Shown here: one piece after another, positions 61,430-64,000 of the stretch
Layout: every line of letters begins with the position of its first letter
Numbering within the stretch: position 1 is the first letter of the stretch
Source of the DNA: Octopus bimaculoides
Taxonomy: Eukaryota
Direction: 5' to 3'
DNA length: 64,000 nt
Assembly: GCF_001194135.2 (NCBI RefSeq)
Contig: NC_068983.1
Coordinates: forward strand, 99,811,011 to 99,875,010
Translations under genes and position numbers: made by a program
Notes under the pieces: generated by a model
The model's database searches: none
The model's input: the letters and a program-made list of their open reading frames with translations, nothing else
Told to the model about the DNA's origin: nothing

Positions 61430-62080
61430 ACCACGAAGTTGACAGTGTGTCTTCTCAACAATTCAATGATTTTGTTTTACGTTGCTGCTGAGGTGTAGGT
61501 CGCATTTTTTGGAATCGTGCTGTAACATTCCATTAGCTTTGTGTCTTTCTCTTATGTGTACAGGAATAATTTCATTTTGCAAAATTGAAGACATGGATGT
61601 TGTGGATAAATGCTGTTGGTGCTCCTTCCATGTTACCATAGCTTAGATATTGGATGCAGAGTTTGCATGCTCATTTAAACCTTTGTTTTTTTCTTTTGCA
61701 TGATGCCAATTTGAATATCCATTTTTAATAAAACAAGTATCAGCTTGAGCAGAAGTATTAAAGTGCCGACAAGCAAAACAAAACAAGGTTTTCTTTGAAA
61801 GAGAATACTCTAACCATGGGTGACCAGTAGACCAGCTTGACGAGAAGTCATGTCTCTAATTTCCATAAATTTTTGGATCAAACTTTGCTAGAACTGGCTG
61901 CATTGGTTGGCAGTCGACCTGTTTTAGATCATCCAATGAGGGTGTCAAAGACTTTGCAAGACCTCCCTTAAGCTGTGAATCTTCGTTTGCAATTCTCTTC
62001 TGTTTAGCATTATTAGATGAATCAGATTGGAAATTCAGCAATGATTGCTTCAGTTCTCTTTTTTGGTAGTGATTCATTAT
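61430..62080 (-). mobile_element. hAT transposase remnant (TTF-type zinc finger, internally deleted)
   Basis: Minus strand gives RHDFSSSWSTGHPWLEYSLSKKTLFCFACRHF...GYSNWHHAKEKNKGLNEHANS, and further on PKNATYTSAAT*NKIIELL. In-frame stops. Confidence 0.8.
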
Positions 62081-62693
62081 TTTTGGGCACTGATATTTGC
62101 AATAATGAATTCTATAGTAGAATATTGTAGTAAGAGTAACAGTTTCTTAAAATTTATGCACTTTTAAATTAAACTCGTAAGAGATTTCAGTTCAAGCATT
62201 TTTTTTTTTTTTTTCAATTTCTTCAAAGTTATGCTTTTTTAGTTAAACACAAAATAATTTCAGTATAAACTTTGTTCAAAGAGTAAGAAAAATTATTCAG
62301 TGAAAGTTCTCACCTGATAAATACTTTCTGAATGTATATTTTGGGAAATTTCAAAAATTTTCTTTCATTTTTGCGAATAATAATCTTCTCTGATTAATAG
62401 AAATAAAATGACTTTTTAATGTCCGTCTCTGTTCATATATATATATGTGTTTAGTGATGCGTTTACTACCATAAATCTCTAACTACAGCAACAATTCTTC
62501 ACACACTTTTCCACAGCAGCAAGGACAATCACCAGTACTGCCACTGCCACCACAAGCACCACCACCACCACAACAACAACTGACCCAGTGTCACCCACTC
62601 CTTAATTCAACCCACAGTTGATGACCAAGCCCTCTCCTTCAAACACTGAAACCGACAGAAACAACCATTATATATATATATATATATATATTA

Positions 62694-62941
62694 CTGTTTA
62701 CCTTTTACTTGTTTCAGTCATTAGACTGCAGTGGCCATGCTGGGGCACCACCTTGAAGAATTTTTAGTTGAATTTATCAACTGCAGTACTTATTTTTTGT
62801 TAAGCCTAGTACTTAATTTTTCGGTCACACTTGCTGAACCGCTAAGCTGTGGGGTGTAAATGCACAAACACTGGTTGTCAAGTGGTAGTTGGGGGACAAA
62901 CATGGACAAACACACATGCACACACAGACACACAGACACAG

Positions 62942-62973
<32 letters not shown>

Positions 62974-63118
62974 GATGGGCTTCTTTCAGCATCTGTCTTC
63001 CAAATCCACTCACACAGCTTTGGTTAGTCTGAGGCTAGAGTAGAAGACACTTCCTCCAGGTGCCACATTGTGGGACCCAGAACCATGTGGTTGGGAAGGA
63101 AGTTTTTTACCATGCAGC
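62694..63118 (-). mobile_element. SINE family B, full length
   Basis: TTTTACTTGTTTCAGTCATTAGACTG...(CA)n...CAAATCCACTCACAC...GTGGGACCCAGAACCATGTGG. Confidence 0.8.
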
Positions 63119-63119
63119 A

Positions 63120-63350
63120 TGAGTGTGTATGTATCTGTGTAATAAAGTATGTCTGTCATTTTGTTTGTTCCCACCTCCATTGCTTGAGAACCAGTGTTGG
63201 GTTGTTTACATCCCTGTTACTTATCAGTTTGACAATAGAACAAGTACCAGGCAAAAATAGTAAGTGCTAGCGTTCATTTGCTTAACCTAACTCTTGAAAG
63301 TGGTGCTCCAGCATATAGCCATAGTTCAATGACTGAATCAAGTAAAAGAT
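63120..63350 (+). mobile_element. SINE family B, 3' half
   Basis: CCAGTGTTGGGTTGTTTACATCCCTG...GTGGTGCTCCAGCAT...GACTGAATCAAGTAAAAGATAAAA. Confidence 0.65.
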
Positions 63351-63580
63351 AAAAAAATTGTGTGTGTGTGTGTAAGTATATTATATTTGTGTAATACGTG
63401 TATATGTGTATGTAGGTATGTTTCTATGGAAGTACAAATAGAAGAAATGGTACTCAACAAAGCTGATGATTCACTGTCACCACTATGAGTTTTCACTGTT
63501 GTGCATTCATTCAGGCAACAAGACGATGAACGCATGAAGGTGAAGAATTTGGAATAGTGAAGGAATGAATCATTAGCTTC

Positions 63581-63618
<38 letters not shown>

Positions 63619-63787
63619 NNNNNNNNNNNNNNNNNNNNNNNNNNNNNNNNNNNNNNNNNNNNNNNNNNNNNNNNNNNNNNNNNNNNNNNNNNNNNNNNNN
63701 NNNNNNNNNNNNNNNNNNNNNNNNNNNNNNNNNNNNNNNNNNNNNNNNNNNNNNNNNNNNNNNNNNNNNNNNNNNNNNNNNNNNNNN

Positions 63788-63822
<35 letters not shown>

Positions 63823-63837
63823 AACATATACACACAC

Positions 63838-63876
<39 letters not shown>

Positions 63877-64000
63877 TATATATACACACAAGCACACACA
63901 TATGCACATACATTTAAACATACATTTATGCACACATGCATGTGTATATGTCTGTGTTTGTATTTGAATGTATTTTTCTATTTGCCTATTTGTCTTTCTC

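Noticed and set aside
11971-63913. Long ORFs in the track made mostly of X (11971, 18762, 20116, 23680, 26867, 51198, 58727, 60091, 63338 and overlaps)
   Set aside because: They exist only because N gaps contain no stop codons. Only 49704-50933 has recognisable protein sequence on both sides of its gap.
1-64000. CRISPR arrays or prokaryotic defence systems
   Set aside because: No regularly spaced repeat-spacer array or operon-like gene cluster was seen; the DNA is eukaryotic and repeat-rich.

Overview
AT-rich, microsatellite-dense animal genomic DNA from a gapped draft assembly (many N runs). The SINE, RTE and Helitron content looks like a cephalopod (Octopus-type) genome; this taxon call is inference. 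There is one clear protein-coding gene: an intact, intronless casein kinase I alpha (25421-26392, +). It has a CpG-retaining housekeeping-type promoter (ETS, NRF1, ZNF143/Staf and YY1-like motifs) and an in-frame upstream ORF. The rest is a layered transposon record: several tRNA-derived SINE families; RTE, CR1-like and R4/Dong-like LINE remnants; Penelope-like remnants with hammerhead-ribozyme-like motifs; two Ty3/gypsy remnants; a DD37E Tc1 copy; mariner and hAT remnants; non-autonomous Helitrons; and several MITEs, three with clear target-site duplications. Highlights are the probable CK1alpha retrogene, a spacer-less ~530 bp palindrome of a tRNA-head/(AAT)n/hammerhead-like element, and a hairpin MITE carrying telomeric TTAGGG repeats. 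No CRISPR, rRNA or true tRNA genes were seen. All coordinates and counts were made by hand, so repeat boundaries are approximate unless TIRs or TSDs are quoted.
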